A stretch of 64,000 bases of DNA, taken from contig OZ244160.1 of assembly GCA_965216325.1 (NCBI GenBank), positions 1,952,001-2,016,000 on the forward strand, in the 5' to 3' direction. A model generated the notes under the pieces. It did not search any database and was not told the DNA's origin. It saw only the letters and a program-made list of their open reading frames with translations. Shown in pieces: positions 51,466 through 62,145 of this stretch; position 1 is the first letter of the stretch, and each line of letters starts with the position of its first letter. Source of the DNA: Coraliomargarita sp. Lineage in GTDB: Bacteria > Verrucomicrobiota > Verrucomicrobiia > Opitutales > Coraliomargaritaceae. The translations under genes were made by a program, and so were the position numbers.

Positions 51466-51499
51466 AAAAGGCCCTCATGTGTTTAAACGTGAGGGCCTT
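51466..51499 (-). terminator. Intrinsic terminator after the prc-like gene
   Basis: AAAAGGCCCTCATGT/ACGTGAGGGCCTT. Confidence 0.75.
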
Positions 51500-51524
51500 G
51501 TATCAAGTAAGTGAATACTCCGGT

Positions 51525-53900
51525 TTAGAGCGCTTTGGCTGTTTCAGCAGTCACCTTGGTGATGGCTTGCGCTTGGTCTTTACCTTCGAGTTCGATCCAG
51601 TCAGCCATGATGCGCGCGCTTTCGCGCAGGTAGATGTCGTAGGGGACCTTCTCCTCTTCATCGAGGTCTTCTTCGGTGCTTTCAGCGTCAGCGACTTCAG
51701 CACTCTCATCGGTGCTGCCCTCTAGTGGCGTCTCTTTGTTTTTCTCGGAGAGCGCTTCCTGTTCTTCAGCGATGTCGAGAATCAGGTCGGTCATCGGATA
51801 GTCGTTTTCCTTTAAGCTCTCATAGGTTTCGTCGAGCTCTTCAATATAGGCTGCTTCGCGAATCTTACGATTGATGCGCTCTTCCAAATTGAGTGAGAAT
51901 TCCTTCTCATCGAGGCGCTTGCGACGCCATTCGATTTGCTCTTTGAGGAAGATGAATTCTTCCAGTTCATTTTGGCGTTGGGTGCTGGAGGTGACGAGTG
52001 CAGATACCAGCTCCGGATCCTCGGGGCTGGAGAAGTTGATTTTCTTCCAGTCGTTGTGCCAGTCCACGGCTGGAATGCTGTCCCATGGCAGTGCGTGCGG
52101 CAGGTCGGACTCTCCGATTGGCAGATACTCATTGACGGATGGCAGCACGATGTCAGAGGGCACGCCTTTAACCTGTGTGGAACTGCCGCCCGGCAGGTAG
52201 AATTGCTTAATGGTGATCTTGGAGGCCACGGGCTTGGTGGTTTCAGTCGGTGTTTGAGAGAACCATGAGAAACTCGGGCGACTGTTCATGTGGTAGACCT
52301 CTTGCACCGTTCCCTTGCCATGTGTGGAGGTGTTACCGACGATGAGGGCACGCTTGTGGTCTTGGAGTGCTCCGGCTACGATCTCGGAGGCGGAGGCACT
52401 GAAACGCGAGGTGAGCACGATGAGTGGGCCGTCCCAGATGACGCTCGGATCGCGGTCCATCAAGACTTGATTGCGCGCGTCTTTATCCCGAACTTGGACG
52501 ACTGGGCCGACTGGGATGAAGTGCCCGGCGACGCGGACAGCCTCGGAGAGCAGACCGCCGCCATTCATGCGCAGGTCGAGGATGATGCCTTGGGCATTGA
52601 GGTCTTTGAGCTTGCGGATGAGTTCGGCGACGTCGTCTGATGTTGTGGTTAGCGAGCCTCCGGCACCAATATTACCGTAGAATGAGGGCAGTTCGATTAC
52701 ACCGATGGGGAGTGTCGCGGACCCGTCGTTGCTGGGGACTTCGATCAGTTTGGCGGTTGCGAGGTTTGCGGTGAGTTTGACCTCATCGCGAACGATGGAG
52801 ACGATTTTACGAACCGAGGGGTCGGCCGCATCGCCCGGGCGGATGAGTAGGCGCACGGTGGTGCCTTTCTCGCCCTTGATTTTGCGCACAATGTAGCGCA
52901 GTTGCATGTCAATGACGTCTTCGAATTCGTCATCGCCTTGCGCAACGCCGAGGATTTGGTCTTCTGGGCCTAGTTGACGCGATGCTTCGGCGGGGCCGCC
53001 GGGGAGGATTTCCTTGATGGTGCAGATGCCGTCGTCGTCTTCCAGCATGGCACCGATCCCGACAAATGAGTTTTGCACGGAGGAGTTGAAGCTTTCCAGC
53101 GTGTCAGAGGACAAGAAGGTGGAGTGTGGGTCGAACAGGTTGGTCATCGCATTGATGAACGCCTCCTGCACTTCGGCGGCCTCGCGGTCGACAGTGAAGC
53201 TCAGATTGCGCTCATAGCGCCGTGCGATCTTCTTTTTCGCCTCGGTGAGTGTTTTGGCCAAGAACGCTTCGTCATTCAAGAGGCGTTGGATCTTACTTGG
53301 GTCGAAGCTGTCGTCCTCATCGGTGACGAGATCGGGATTTTCGATTTGAAGTGTGGCTTCCTCTTCTTCGGTTTCGGATGCGAGGGAGAGTAGTTCGTTC
53401 AGTAGTTGATACTTCAAGCGTGCGTCCCAGAGTGCGTCGGCTTCGGCGCTGTTACTCGGCCATTCTGCTTCTCTACGGTCTGGACTGAAGCGGTCATCCA
53501 TTGAGAAGTCGAAGTCACCTTCGAGGCGGTTTTGGATCCAGTCTGTGCGCTGCTGTGCGCTGCTTTTGTAGGCTTCGTAGATTTCGAAGGCGGCGTATAG
53601 ATTGCCTTTTTCGAGGAAGCCTTCGGTGGCGGCGGCAAAGCGGAAGACGAAATCGTCAATCTCACTGCGGAGGAAATACATTTTTGAGTAGTCGAAGGCT
53701 TCGACGTAGGCTTCGACGATTTCCTGTCCGTCGAGTTTTTGCATGCTTTCGCGCAAATAATGGCGGGCATTGATGGTGTTCACGACCCAGCGGGTCTGGG
53801 CGGCCATGTCTTTGGTGGGCTCAAGGCGAGGCGCGTCGGCCGCGAAGGCGGCACCAACGAGAAAGGCGAGTGGGGCGAGGTGTTTGAATGGGCGTATCAT
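51525..53900 (-). CDS. prc: Carboxy-terminal processing (tail-specific) protease, S41 family
   Basis: [47 protein letters not shown]. Confidence 0.9.
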   Translation of the reverse strand: MIRPFKHLAPLAFLVGAAFAADAPRLEPTKDMAAQTRWVVNTINARHYLRESMQKLDGQEIVEAYVEAFDYSKMYFLRSEIDDFVFRFAAATEGFLEKGNLYAAFEIYEAYKSSAQQRTDWIQNRLEGDFDFSMDDRFSPDRREAEWPSNSAEADALWDARLKYQLLNELLSLASETEEEEATLQIENPDLVTDEDDSFDPSKIQRLLNDEAFLAKTLTEAKKKIARRYERNLSFTVDREAAEVQEAFINAMTNLFDPHSTFLSSDTLESFNSSVQNSFVGIGAMLEDDDGICTIKEILPGGPAEASRQLGPEDQILGVAQGDDEFEDVIDMQLRYIVRKIKGEKGTTVRLLIRPGDAADPSVRKIVSIVRDEVKLTANLATAKLIEVPSNDGSATLPIGVIELPSFYGNIGAGGSLTTTSDDVAELIRKLKDLNAQGIILDLRMNGGGLLSEAVRVAGHFIPVGPVVQVRDKDARNQVLMDRDPSVIWDGPLIVLTSRFSASASEIVAGALQDHKRALIVGNTSTHGKGTVQEVYHMNSRPSFSWFSQTPTETTKPVASKITIKQFYLPGGSSTQVKGVPSDIVLPSVNEYLPIGESDLPHALPWDSIPAVDWHNDWKKINFSSPEDPELVSALVTSSTQRQNELEEFIFLKEQIEWRRKRLDEKEFSLNLEERINRKIREAAYIEELDETYESLKENDYPMTDLILDIAEEQEALSEKNKETPLEGSTDESAEVADAESTEEDLDEEEKVPYDIYLRESARIMADWIELEGKDQAQAITKVTAETAKAL

Positions 53901-53901
53901 G

Positions 53902-54006
53902 CTGAGAGTGAAAGTGATGGTGAAAGTGAAAGTGTTCCGAGGAACGAAGTGGCGACACGACCGAGCGCGAAGCGAACCGGATCCAGCGGCAGGATGCCGC
54001 TTCTAC
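53902..54006. repeat. Hexamer run (TGAAAG-like) abutting the prc start, plus a family E REP arm
   Basis: TGAGAG TGAAAG TGATGG TGAAAG TGAAAG; AGCGGCAGGATGCCGCTTCTAC at 53985-54006. Confidence 0.7.
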
Positions 54007-54010
54007 GTGG

Positions 54011-54964
54011 CTATTTGTTGAGAATTTCTTTGGCGCGGTCCAAGGTCTCCTTTTCCGCGTCGCTGAGTGAGCCGAAGCCCTTGGAATTGATTTTATCGAG
54101 GATGCGGTCGACTTCAGCCTGCAGTTCTTCACGGCTGCTGCGGTTGACACTGTAACCGAGGTTCTGAGACTGCTTAGCGCGGCGCTTGAACCATGCGGGC
54201 GGCTCGGCAGTGGTGGTGCGGCGGCTGTTAACCGTGTTTGGGTTTAGGAAAGGGATGGCGTTGTTTTGATAGACGTAGCGGTGGAAGGCCAATCCGAACA
54301 GCAGGCCCCCTAGATGAGCAGAGTGTGCGATCCGGTCATAGGCGGCATTCTGGGAGATCTCATTTGCGAGGCCAAATAGTGTAATTGCCAAATAGCCGTA
54401 GAGTAGCCATTTCACCCGAATCGGAATGGGGATCGGGATGAGAATCATCTGCGCATTTGGGTTGATCAGGGCGAAAAATCCGAACAATGCGCTGACCGCA
54501 GCGGAGGCTCCGATGGCAACACCATTGCCGTTGAAATGTAGCACTGCATAGAGCACGCCGCCAGCGACAATACCACCGAGGTAGAGGGCGAGGAAGCGCT
54601 TGCTGCCCAGAACCTGCTCCACGTGGCGGCCGAGGATGAAGAGCATGAGCATGTTGATCACCAGATGGATGTGTGGGATCGGTATAAAAAACATAGAGCC
54701 CGTTTGCGGGGCGTGGAAGAAGCCGTAGCTGAGCAGGGTCCAGATTTTGAGCTCCTTGAAGTTGCTGCCACTGAGTGCGAGCTGGTTGTTGATGAAGTCC
54801 CAGATGGGCACGCCGCTGTATGCATGGGTGGCGGGGAATGCGATGGCAACGAGTTGCACCACCACTGCGATTGCGATGGTGATGATCAGCAAGCGGGTAA
54901 CCATGCTGGTTTTAGGCGCAGCGGGCGCGCTGTCTTGACGCATATAAGGTCGGTCGTAGAGCAT
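54011..54964 (-). CDS. Rhomboid intramembrane serine protease with C-terminal DUF6576-like tail
   Basis: HLVINML, GASAAV, AHSAHLGG, EVDRILDKI..G..SLSDAEK. Confidence 0.9.
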   Translation of the reverse strand: MLYDRPYMRQDSAPAAPKTSMVTRLLIITIAIAVVVQLVAIAFPATHAYSGVPIWDFINNQLALSGSNFKELKIWTLLSYGFFHAPQTGSMFFIPIPHIHLVINMLMLFILGRHVEQVLGSKRFLALYLGGIVAGGVLYAVLHFNGNGVAIGASAAVSALFGFFALINPNAQMILIPIPIPIRVKWLLYGYLAITLFGLANEISQNAAYDRIAHSAHLGGLLFGLAFHRYVYQNNAIPFLNPNTVNSRRTTTAEPPAWFKRRAKQSQNLGYSVNRSSREELQAEVDRILDKINSKGFGSLSDAEKETLDRAKEILNK

Positions 54965-55057
54965 AAAGGTGGTTTATCCTAGGAATTGAAATGGATTTGC
55001 CAAGGTTCGAGACCGATTTGATGGCAGACAGTTCCACTTCATTGAAGGAGGGTTTTA

Positions 55058-55188
55058 GGGTAGCGCAGGAGCGTCCTTGCTCCGCAAGAACTGATGGACA
55101 GTTTGGCTTAAGCTATTGGGGTGCGCCGCCTTTCGGTAAACTCAAGGCCCAGAGCAAGGTCGAAGGGCGAGACGCGGCCGCGCGACCT
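55058..55188. repeat. Family C REP pair with a 39-nt insert in the right arm
   Basis: GGTGCGCCGC[CTTTCGGTAAACTCAAGGCCCAGAGCAAGGTCGAAGGGC]GAGACGCGGCCGCGCGACCT. Confidence 0.8.
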
Positions 55189-55241
55189 CATTGCCCTTCC
55201 CGCTTGACTTGGAGGCAAAAATATTAGCCTCTGTGGGCACT

Positions 55242-55478
55242 ATGGCAGAAAAAGACGAAAAGTGGCCGGAAAATGTGAAGGGTAAGTTCTACGTCGATGA
55301 ACAATGCATCGACTGCGACCTTTGCCGCGAAACTGCTCCGGATTTCTTCACCCGTAACGAAGACGGAGGCTATTCCTTCGTGCACAAGCAGCCTGAAGCG
55401 GCTGAGGATGTCGAGCTTTGCATGGAAGCTCTGGAAGGTTGCCCGGTGGAGGCGATCGGCGACGACGGCGACGAATAA
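55242..55478 (+). CDS. Single-cluster ferredoxin
   Basis: CIDCDLC ... CPVEAI; 78 aa, acidic. Confidence 0.92.
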   Translation: MAEKDEKWPENVKGKFYVDEQCIDCDLCRETAPDFFTRNEDGGYSFVHKQPEAAEDVELCMEALEGCPVEAIGDDGDE

Positions 55479-55501
55479 GCCATCATTCTTTGAACACACT
55501 C

Positions 55502-55532
55502 AAAAAGCCTGCCGAGTTCGGCAGGCTTTTTT
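55502..55532. terminator. Bidirectional intrinsic terminator
   Basis: AAAAAGCCTGCCGA-GT-TCGGCAGGCTTTTTT. Confidence 0.88.
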
Positions 55533-55830
55533 GTGGTTCCTCGTCGATTACCGGGGAATCCCTACATGGCTGTGCGGGTTAAAGCGACGGACAGGTTCCG
55601 AGTGGAACGACAAGACCGGGCACGGAGTGGACCGGACCATGTTCGTCCTCCTTTGCCGAGACCATGTTTTCGAAAGGAGGCAGGACATTCCTGTCCTGCT
55701 CAAGTTTGCCAGTTGCCGTCGGGCTACTCGAGCTGTTGTCTGTCGTGGGGCAAAGTGATCGCAGCCCGAGCATGAATCTCTGCCTTTCATCCGTTCGACG
55801 AGGAACCCCAATTAAGCACGCATTCCCCGG
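55531..55830. other. Unassigned structured intergenic element with inverted ends (MITE-like or ncRNA)
   Basis: GGTTCCTCGTCGA/TCGACGAGGAACC and CCGGGGAAT/ATTCCCCGG pairs; four internal hairpins. Confidence 0.5.
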
Positions 55831-55841
55831 AAAGTGACGAA

Positions 55842-57314
55842 CTAGGAGAAACGCTTCCAGACCGAGGGGACGAAGAGCACCATTACGGCATACAGCTCCA
55901 GACGGCCGAGCACCATGAGCAGTGAGAGGAACAGCTTGGTTGAGCTGCGCAAATGCTGGAAATGCTCAGTGGGCCCAACTGCGTCGAAGCCGGGACCGAT
56001 GTTGAATAGGGTGGCCTGCACGCAGGAAAAGACTCCGATGAAGGCGAGACCGGGCTCATTGGCGGAGACAAAGAGCATTGAGGTGATTTGCAGGCCGATC
56101 ATCAGCATCAGGAACACGATCACGTTTTGAATCGCCTGCTCGCTGAGGAGTTGGCCGCTCATCCGCATCGGAATCGTGATGTTGGGGCGGAAGGCATGCA
56201 TGATACTACGGCCAGCAGCTTTCAGGGCGATGACGACGCGCACAACCTTGACGCCACCTGCGGTGGATCCCGAGCAGCCGCCGATAAACATCAGGATGAT
56301 CAATAGCATTTGGGCGGGGGGCAGCCACGAGGCGAAGTCCGCAGAGGAGTAACCCGTGGTCGTCATAATGGACACCGCTTGGAAGGCTGCAGTGCGGATA
56401 CTGTGGTGGTCCGGCAGTTCACCGGTGAGCTCGACGAGATACAGCGACAGTAGCATGGTTGCCACAATCAGGATGCCGTAGAACCAGAGCACTTCTTTGG
56501 TGTGACGTAGCACGTGTTTACGGCGCTGAATCAGGCGAATGACAAACACAAAGGTGGTGCCGGAGAGCGCCATGAAAAAGATGGAGATCCACTCTAGTGC
56601 CGGGCTGTTGAATTGCTCCATGCTCATTGGCTCGGTGCTGAACCCTCCGGTGGCAATCGTTGTCATCGCGTGGTTAACTGCCTGAAACCAGTTCATTCCG
56701 CCCATTTTATAGGCGAGGGTGCAGAGCCCTGAAATGCCACAGTAGTAGAGCATTAGGTGAAACGCACCGCGCTGGATCCGGCCTTGGTCGAAGTCTGCGG
56801 AGGTGCCGGATGACTCGTTACTGAATAGGATCTTCGCGCCGGCGCCGAGTGAGGAGAGGAGTGCAACGAAGAGCACGACCACGCCCAGGCCACCGACCCA
56901 TTGGCTCAGTGAGCGCCAGAACAGCAAGCTGTGAGGAAATTCGTAGAAGTTTGAAAATGCGGTGGCACCCGTTGTCGTCAGTCCAGAACTACTTTCAAAG
57001 ATCGCATCGGAGATATCGCAGTGATCGACGATTAGGATATAGGGAATCGCTCCAACGGCGGTGGCGAGCAACCATGAGAGTCCGATAAGGCACAGGGCCT
57101 CGCGGCGGAAGAGCTTGGTCTCTCCCTTGCGTCCAAGTATGTGGAAGAGGGCGGCCAGCGCTAGAGTGATGGCGATTGAGTGTTCAAATGCCTGGATCGA
57201 TTGGTCGGCAAAACGCTCGCCATTCACCAAGCCGGCAAGAATGCACAGGCCAAAGCCTCCGGCTAGGGCAACGAGCACCATGCTCAGCAATTTATAAATG
57301 ATCGTCGTATTCAC
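55842..57314 (-). CDS. trkH: Trk potassium uptake permease
   Basis: [49 protein letters not shown] start inferred. Confidence 0.93.
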   Translation of the reverse strand: MNTTIIYKLLSMVLVALAGGFGLCILAGLVNGERFADQSIQAFEHSIAITLALAALFHILGRKGETKLFRREALCLIGLSWLLATAVGAIPYILIVDHCDISDAIFESSSGLTTTGATAFSNFYEFPHSLLFWRSLSQWVGGLGVVVLFVALLSSLGAGAKILFSNESSGTSADFDQGRIQRGAFHLMLYYCGISGLCTLAYKMGGMNWFQAVNHAMTTIATGGFSTEPMSMEQFNSPALEWISIFFMALSGTTFVFVIRLIQRRKHVLRHTKEVLWFYGILIVATMLLSLYLVELTGELPDHHSIRTAAFQAVSIMTTTGYSSADFASWLPPAQMLLIILMFIGGCSGSTAGGVKVVRVVIALKAAGRSIMHAFRPNITIPMRMSGQLLSEQAIQNVIVFLMLMIGLQITSMLFVSANEPGLAFIGVFSCVQATLFNIGPGFDAVGPTEHFQHLRSSTKLFLSLLMVLGRLELYAVMVLFVPSVWKRFS

Positions 57315-57338
57315 GCGGTTCTGTAAATTCCTTAGGGT

Positions 57339-57364
57339 GGGCGGCCTCGCCGAGGCTGCCCTAG
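57339..57364. repeat. Single REP between trkA and trkH
   Basis: GGGCGGCCTCGCCGAGGCTGCCCTA; matches 12864-12888. Confidence 0.75.
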
Positions 57365-57366
57365 CA

Positions 57367-58716
57367 TTAAATGAGGCGCTTGATGAGTTCCTTTTCCTGC
57401 TCCTCATTTACGAGCACCAGCACACGGTCTCCGGCGAGGATCGTGTCGTCGGCGGTGGGAACGCGGGCTTTAAATTTGTGCTGGATCGCCACGAACAGAC
57501 TGCCCTTTGGCAAATGGATGTCCTTGACGGTTTGACCCACGCAAGGGCTGGAGTGGGTGATGCGCAGTTCGAGAATGCGCCCGCTGCCATCCGGAAGCTC
57601 GGCCATTACCGAGACGGGTTCGGTTGACAGGCTACGCTGCATGAACTCGGCGGTGGCACGGCGTGGCGAAACCACCACCTCAATGCCGAGCATGGTTTTT
57701 AAAATATTTTCGAGTTGGTCGTAGTCGCCCTTGTTGATGACTACCTGCACGTGCTCGGCACCGAGTTTGGAGGCCTGTAGACTGGTCAGGATGTTCTCTT
57801 CGTCGTCCTTGGTGCAGGCTACAAAGTAGTCGGCGTGGCCGATCTGCTCTTCTTCCAGTAGGCGCAGTGAGGTGGCATCGCCGTGAATGACAGTGATGTT
57901 CGGGAAGCGCTCGGTCAGTTTGCGGCAATGGTCCGGGCACTTTTCGATGACACGGATCTTAAAGCGGGGATTGGTCAGCAGGCGGATCAAACTGATCGCA
58001 GTTTCGCTGCCACCAAAGAGCACGACGCTGACTTGCTTGACCTTCTGTTTGGGGTCGAAGCGATCTCTCAGGGCGAACAGTGCCTCGGGGTAGCCGAAAA
58101 GCGTAACGACATCGCCTTCAGCCATTACCGTATCCGGGCCAGCCACTTCACTGGCATCGCCGCGTTGGATGTAGCCGATGCGCACGCGAGGATCGAGCTT
58201 CAGGTCCTTGAGTTTCTTGCCAATCAGGCGCGATTTGGGTGCGACGCGCTGCTGCTGGAATTCGATCTGGCCGCGGGCGAAGTTCTCTACCGCAACACGC
58301 CCCGGATTGCGGATATGCTTGGCGAGCTCAACCGCACAGATCGCTTCGGGGTTGACCAACAGGTCGATACCAAAGTGCACCTGATAATTGATCACCGAGT
58401 TGTCGTTGTAGGTCTCGTCGTGAATACGTGCGATGGTGTTCTTCGCACCAAGGCCCTTTGCCAGCGAGCAGGAGATCACGTTTGTGCGGTCATCACTGGT
58501 CATCGCGAGGAAGGCATCGCAATCGGCGACATCGACATCCACGAGTTGGCGCGCAGAGCTACCGTTGCCAGCGATGATGCGGGCATTCTGTTCCTCGTCC
58601 AGAGATTCAGCGCGCTTGGCGGACTGCTCGATGAGGGTAACGTCGTTGCCCGTCGCTGAAAGCGTCGAGCAAAGGTTATGGCCGACTTCGCCGGCACCAA
58701 CGATAATGATCTTCAT
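57367..58716 (-). CDS. trkA: Trk potassium uptake regulatory subunit
   Basis: [12 protein letters not shown], two RCK repeats, 449 aa, adjacent to trkH. Confidence 0.93.
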   Translation of the reverse strand: MKIIIVGAGEVGHNLCSTLSATGNDVTLIEQSAKRAESLDEEQNARIIAGNGSSARQLVDVDVADCDAFLAMTSDDRTNVISCSLAKGLGAKNTIARIHDETYNDNSVINYQVHFGIDLLVNPEAICAVELAKHIRNPGRVAVENFARGQIEFQQQRVAPKSRLIGKKLKDLKLDPRVRIGYIQRGDASEVAGPDTVMAEGDVVTLFGYPEALFALRDRFDPKQKVKQVSVVLFGGSETAISLIRLLTNPRFKIRVIEKCPDHCRKLTERFPNITVIHGDATSLRLLEEEQIGHADYFVACTKDDEENILTSLQASKLGAEHVQVVINKGDYDQLENILKTMLGIEVVVSPRRATAEFMQRSLSTEPVSVMAELPDGSGRILELRITHSSPCVGQTVKDIHLPKGSLFVAIQHKFKARVPTADDTILAGDRVLVLVNEEQEKELIKRLI

Positions 58717-58807
58717 ACTAGGCGCTTGGCCGTGGGGCTAAGCAAATTTCCGGCGGATTCTGACGGTTCGCGCCGTTATTTCCAGAAGTTTTTCGAGGTG
58801 CTTGTCG

Positions 58808-59039
58808 CTCTTAATCTGGCTCCTAATTCTACTCTTAATCTCTCCTCATGAGACGATTGATCGTGTAGCGCGGCCAATTCGTAGGGGCTTTGCTTGCGAA
58901 GCCCGTAAGCCCTGAATGGCCTTCCACACTGCGGGCGTCGCCCCCCAATAGACTCGAGGCCTTGAGTTTGTCGAAAAGGCAAGCAACGTCCATACAGCTG
59001 CTAGGAGATTAGGATTATGAGTAGGATTGCGATTAAGAG
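58808..59039. repeat. Nested repeat: hexamer inverted array enclosing a family B REP pair that carries a 39-nt insert
   Basis: Hexamer arms 58808-58845 and 59003-59039; REP pair 58881-58995; insert 58942-58980. Confidence 0.85.
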
Positions 59040-59049
59040 GCGTATCTAC

Positions 59050-59976
59050 TTAAACCAGCGACACTTCGACACCAAAGATCGAGGTCTCACCTGGGTTGAC
59101 CGCGTGGAGGCCTTGTTTGTGTTCGGGTGCATTGGGCGGGCCCATCCACGGTTCGACGCAGTAGAAGGGACTGTCGTGCTTCTCGGTCCAGATTACGAAA
59201 GCGTTGGAGCCTGATGCACCGTCGAAGTCGCCCAAAATACGCACAGCAATGTCTTCTTCGCCGCCGTTGGGGCCGAAGAGTGCGGTATCGCCCGTGAGCT
59301 TTGTGTAGATGCGGTCGCTGTTCTCCGGGTTGCCGAAGGAGAGATCCTTATCCCAGCCCTTGGCGACGGGATACAGCTTGCCGTCGGGGCCATGGGTGAA
59401 GCACTTCTTGGCAGGCACCTTGAAGCGGTAGTCTTTGCGCTCCAGGCCATTGTGCCACGGAAGGGTGAAGTAAAAGTGGTGGCCGGCAGACCAAAGGATT
59501 GGCGAATCGCCTTTGTTCTCGAGTGAGTAATAGACGCGCAGCGAGATGTCGGAAAACTCGTAGCGCACGGTAAACTCGTAATCAAATGGGTAAGCCTGAT
59601 GGGCTGCTTCGTCCGGCAGGAGTTTCACGGTGAAGCCGGTTTCCTGCAGATCGATGATTTCAAAGGCACCGTCGCGGGCAAAGCCATGGTTCGGCATCGG
59701 GCGTACCACGCCGTGTTGGTCCTTCCATTCGCCGATCTTGCCCGCATTGAATGTGCGTGCGGAGAAGGGGAAGAGCACTGGGTTGCCGCCACGCACTTTC
59801 GCGAAGTTGTCGAAGTTAGCGCCTTCCGGCCAGTAGATCACATCGCGCACGGAGCCATCGGACATGGTCACATTCCAGTTCATCAGGCGCGCGCCCGCTT
59901 CCGGGCGCACCAAAAAGGTCGAAGGGCCGCAGCTCCAGCGGTGTAAAGTGATACCGTTGTAATCAACTGTTTCCAT
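59050..59976 (-). CDS. Aldose 1-epimerase-family protein
   Basis: [38 protein letters not shown]. Confidence 0.88.
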   Translation of the reverse strand: METVDYNGITLHRWSCGPSTFLVRPEAGARLMNWNVTMSDGSVRDVIYWPEGANFDNFAKVRGGNPVLFPFSARTFNAGKIGEWKDQHGVVRPMPNHGFARDGAFEIIDLQETGFTVKLLPDEAAHQAYPFDYEFTVRYEFSDISLRVYYSLENKGDSPILWSAGHHFYFTLPWHNGLERKDYRFKVPAKKCFTHGPDGKLYPVAKGWDKDLSFGNPENSDRIYTKLTGDTALFGPNGGEEDIAVRILGDFDGASGSNAFVIWTEKHDSPFYCVEPWMGPPNAPEHKQGLHAVNPGETSIFGVEVSLV

Positions 59977-60115
59977 GGGGCACACTTGTCTGAATCTTCT
60001 GCCCGATTGCAAATTCAATTTAGTGAATCAGGCGAATCTCTAGCGCTGAATATTTGATCTAATTATCGAGTGAGTGGACTTGCCTTTATCTGGGGGCTAT
60101 CCATGCTCATTGAAT

Positions 60116-61684
60116 ATGTCAGGACTTCGATGGTTCCTTTTTACCCTAGCGTTATGTTTCGGTCTTGTGTGGGCTGAGCAAGCTGAGGAGTATGCTCCCG
60201 AGAATCCGGTTGTCGAGGATGTGCAGGTAGCTGAGGTGATCGAAGCGGCCGCTGTTAAAGTCGACGAAGTTGTGGAATTGGACGACTCCGGGGAATCCAC
60301 TGAATCTGCTGCGGTGTATTATCCGAAGCCTGAGCGTAAGGACCTGACGCCAGTGGATGGCGTGGTGGATGTCTATGTGATTCCGATTGAAGACGCGATC
60401 AGTAAGCCGAACCTGTTTATCCTGCGCCGAGGCCTGAAGCAGGCGATAGAGAACGACATTGAAATGGTGATTCTCGATATGGATACGCCGGGTGGTCGCG
60501 TGGATGTGTGCCTTGAAATGATGGAGATGCTGGATCGCTTTGAAGGTGTGACTGCGACCTATGTGAATGAAGATGCGATTTCAGCGGGTTCCTTTATCGC
60601 GGCAGCGACCGACGAGATTTACTTTTCCCCGCGTGGTAAGATTGGTGCCTCGGCGGTGATCACGGGCACTGGCGAGGACATCGGTGAAACCGCCAAGCAG
60701 AAAATCGAAAGCTATTTGCGGGCGCACATCCGCATCATTAGCGATGAGGATCCACTGCGCGGAAAAGTCATTCGAGCGATGCTGGAGACCGACTATGAGC
60801 TCAAAATTGGTGATGAGGTGATCAAGCCCGCAGGTGAGTTACTGACCCTAACAGCTAAAGAGGCGATCAAGGAATATGGAGATCCGCCCCGTCCGCTCTT
60901 GGGCGAGGGTATCTATGAAGATGTGGAGACCTTGCTAGCGGAGCGAGTGGGCGATGCCGAACTCCGGATCAAACGCTACGAGTTGAGTGGTGCCGAGGTG
61001 TTGGGCAAATGGATCAATGCGATTACGCCGCTGTTGATGGCCTTGGGTGTGGCATGCATCTACATCGAGTTTCAATCTCCGGGCTTTGGTATCTTCGGTG
61101 TGCTGGGCTTGTGCGCGTTTGGTGTTCTGTTCGGTGGCTTCTATGTGGCAGGGCTCGCGGGCTATGAGCTGTATGCGATCTTTGTCTTGGGCTTTTTGTT
61201 GGTGATTGCAGAGCTGCTGCTGATGCCGGGTGCTTTGTTCTTATCGATACCTGGACTCGCCATGATGCTCGGTTCGCTGATCTGGGGCATGGTCGACTAT
61301 TGGCCAAAGGGCACGGGTGAGCTCACGCTTGATTCCTTTGTGGACCCCTTCGTGAATGTGGTCTTTGGGCTGGCACTGTCGATTGTCGGCGTCTTGGTCT
61401 TGTATCGTTTGATCAAGGGCTCGCCCTTGGAAAGTCGTCTGGTCCTATCGGAGTCGTCCGGTGGAGCGAGTCGAGAAGACGAGCAGGTCGCTGGTGAAAA
61501 CAGCCTGCCGGATGTTGGGCTGACGGGCACGACGGTGACCAAGCTGTTTCCAAGTGGCCGTGTTGAACTTGGAGGAAAGCGCTATGAGGCGCGCTGCGCG
61601 GTCGGCATGATTGACCGGGGTGTCAAGGTGCGCGTCGTGCGTTACGAAGACTTCGATGTCATCGTCGAGGAGGTGAAGTCATGA
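60116..61684 (+). CDS. Long NfeD-family membrane-bound ClpP-class serine protease
   Basis: MDTPGG, AISAG, IEFQSPGFG, C-terminal OB-fold (TKLFPSGRV). Confidence 0.88.
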   Translation: MSGLRWFLFTLALCFGLVWAEQAEEYAPENPVVEDVQVAEVIEAAAVKVDEVVELDDSGESTESAAVYYPKPERKDLTPVDGVVDVYVIPIEDAISKPNLFILRRGLKQAIENDIEMVILDMDTPGGRVDVCLEMMEMLDRFEGVTATYVNEDAISAGSFIAAATDEIYFSPRGKIGASAVITGTGEDIGETAKQKIESYLRAHIRIISDEDPLRGKVIRAMLETDYELKIGDEVIKPAGELLTLTAKEAIKEYGDPPRPLLGEGIYEDVETLLAERVGDAELRIKRYELSGAEVLGKWINAITPLLMALGVACIYIEFQSPGFGIFGVLGLCAFGVLFGGFYVAGLAGYELYAIFVLGFLLVIAELLLMPGALFLSIPGLAMMLGSLIWGMVDYWPKGTGELTLDSFVDPFVNVVFGLALSIVGVLVLYRLIKGSPLESRLVLSESSGGASREDEQVAGENSLPDVGLTGTTVTKLFPSGRVELGGKRYEARCAVGMIDRGVKVRVVRYEDFDVIVEEVKS

Positions 61685-62145
61685 TGCTTATTGCAGGCTT
61701 TATCGTCGGCACGCTGATTCTGGTGGCGCTGGAAGTCTTTCTGCCAGGGGGTGTGCTCGGTGTCGCGGCGGTTGTGTGCTTGTTGATTGCTAGTTACTTA
61801 ACCTACGTGGACTACGGCTTATTTGGAGCCTTGATGGTCTTCTTTGGGACAGTGTTTGCCTCTTTGGCGTTTGCTGTGGTGCAGTTTCGATTTTTTGCAA
61901 AGTCTTCGTATGGTCAGAAACTTTTTCTGAGTAAGTCTGTCGAGGGGCGCACGAATAATGACAAGGGAGATGATGAAATGATCGGCGAATCGGGACAAAC
62001 ATTGACCCGTTTGAATCCGACGGGTATGGTCCTGATCAACGGTAAAAATTACGAAGCGTTTTCAAGAGACGGTTACATTGAAAAAAACGAATCGGTGCGA
62101 GTCATCGACCGCGACAACTTTAAACTTATTATACAAAAATCATGA
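61681..62145 (+). CDS. Short NfeD-family protein
   Basis: [10 protein letters not shown] region plus OB-fold ([14 protein letters not shown]). Confidence 0.88.
   Translation: MMLIAGFIVGTLILVALEVFLPGGVLGVAAVVCLLIASYLTYVDYGLFGALMVFFGTVFASLAFAVVQFRFFAKSSYGQKLFLSKSVEGRTNNDKGDDEMIGESGQTLTRLNPTGMVLINGKNYEAFSRDGYIEKNESVRVIDRDNFKLIIQKS

Noticed and set aside
55531..55830. tmRNA, RNase P RNA or a small CDS in the ferredoxin-trkH gap
   Set aside because: No tRNA-like ends or GAGGAAAGUCC signature on either strand; the short ORFs lack coding features. Kept only as an unassigned element.
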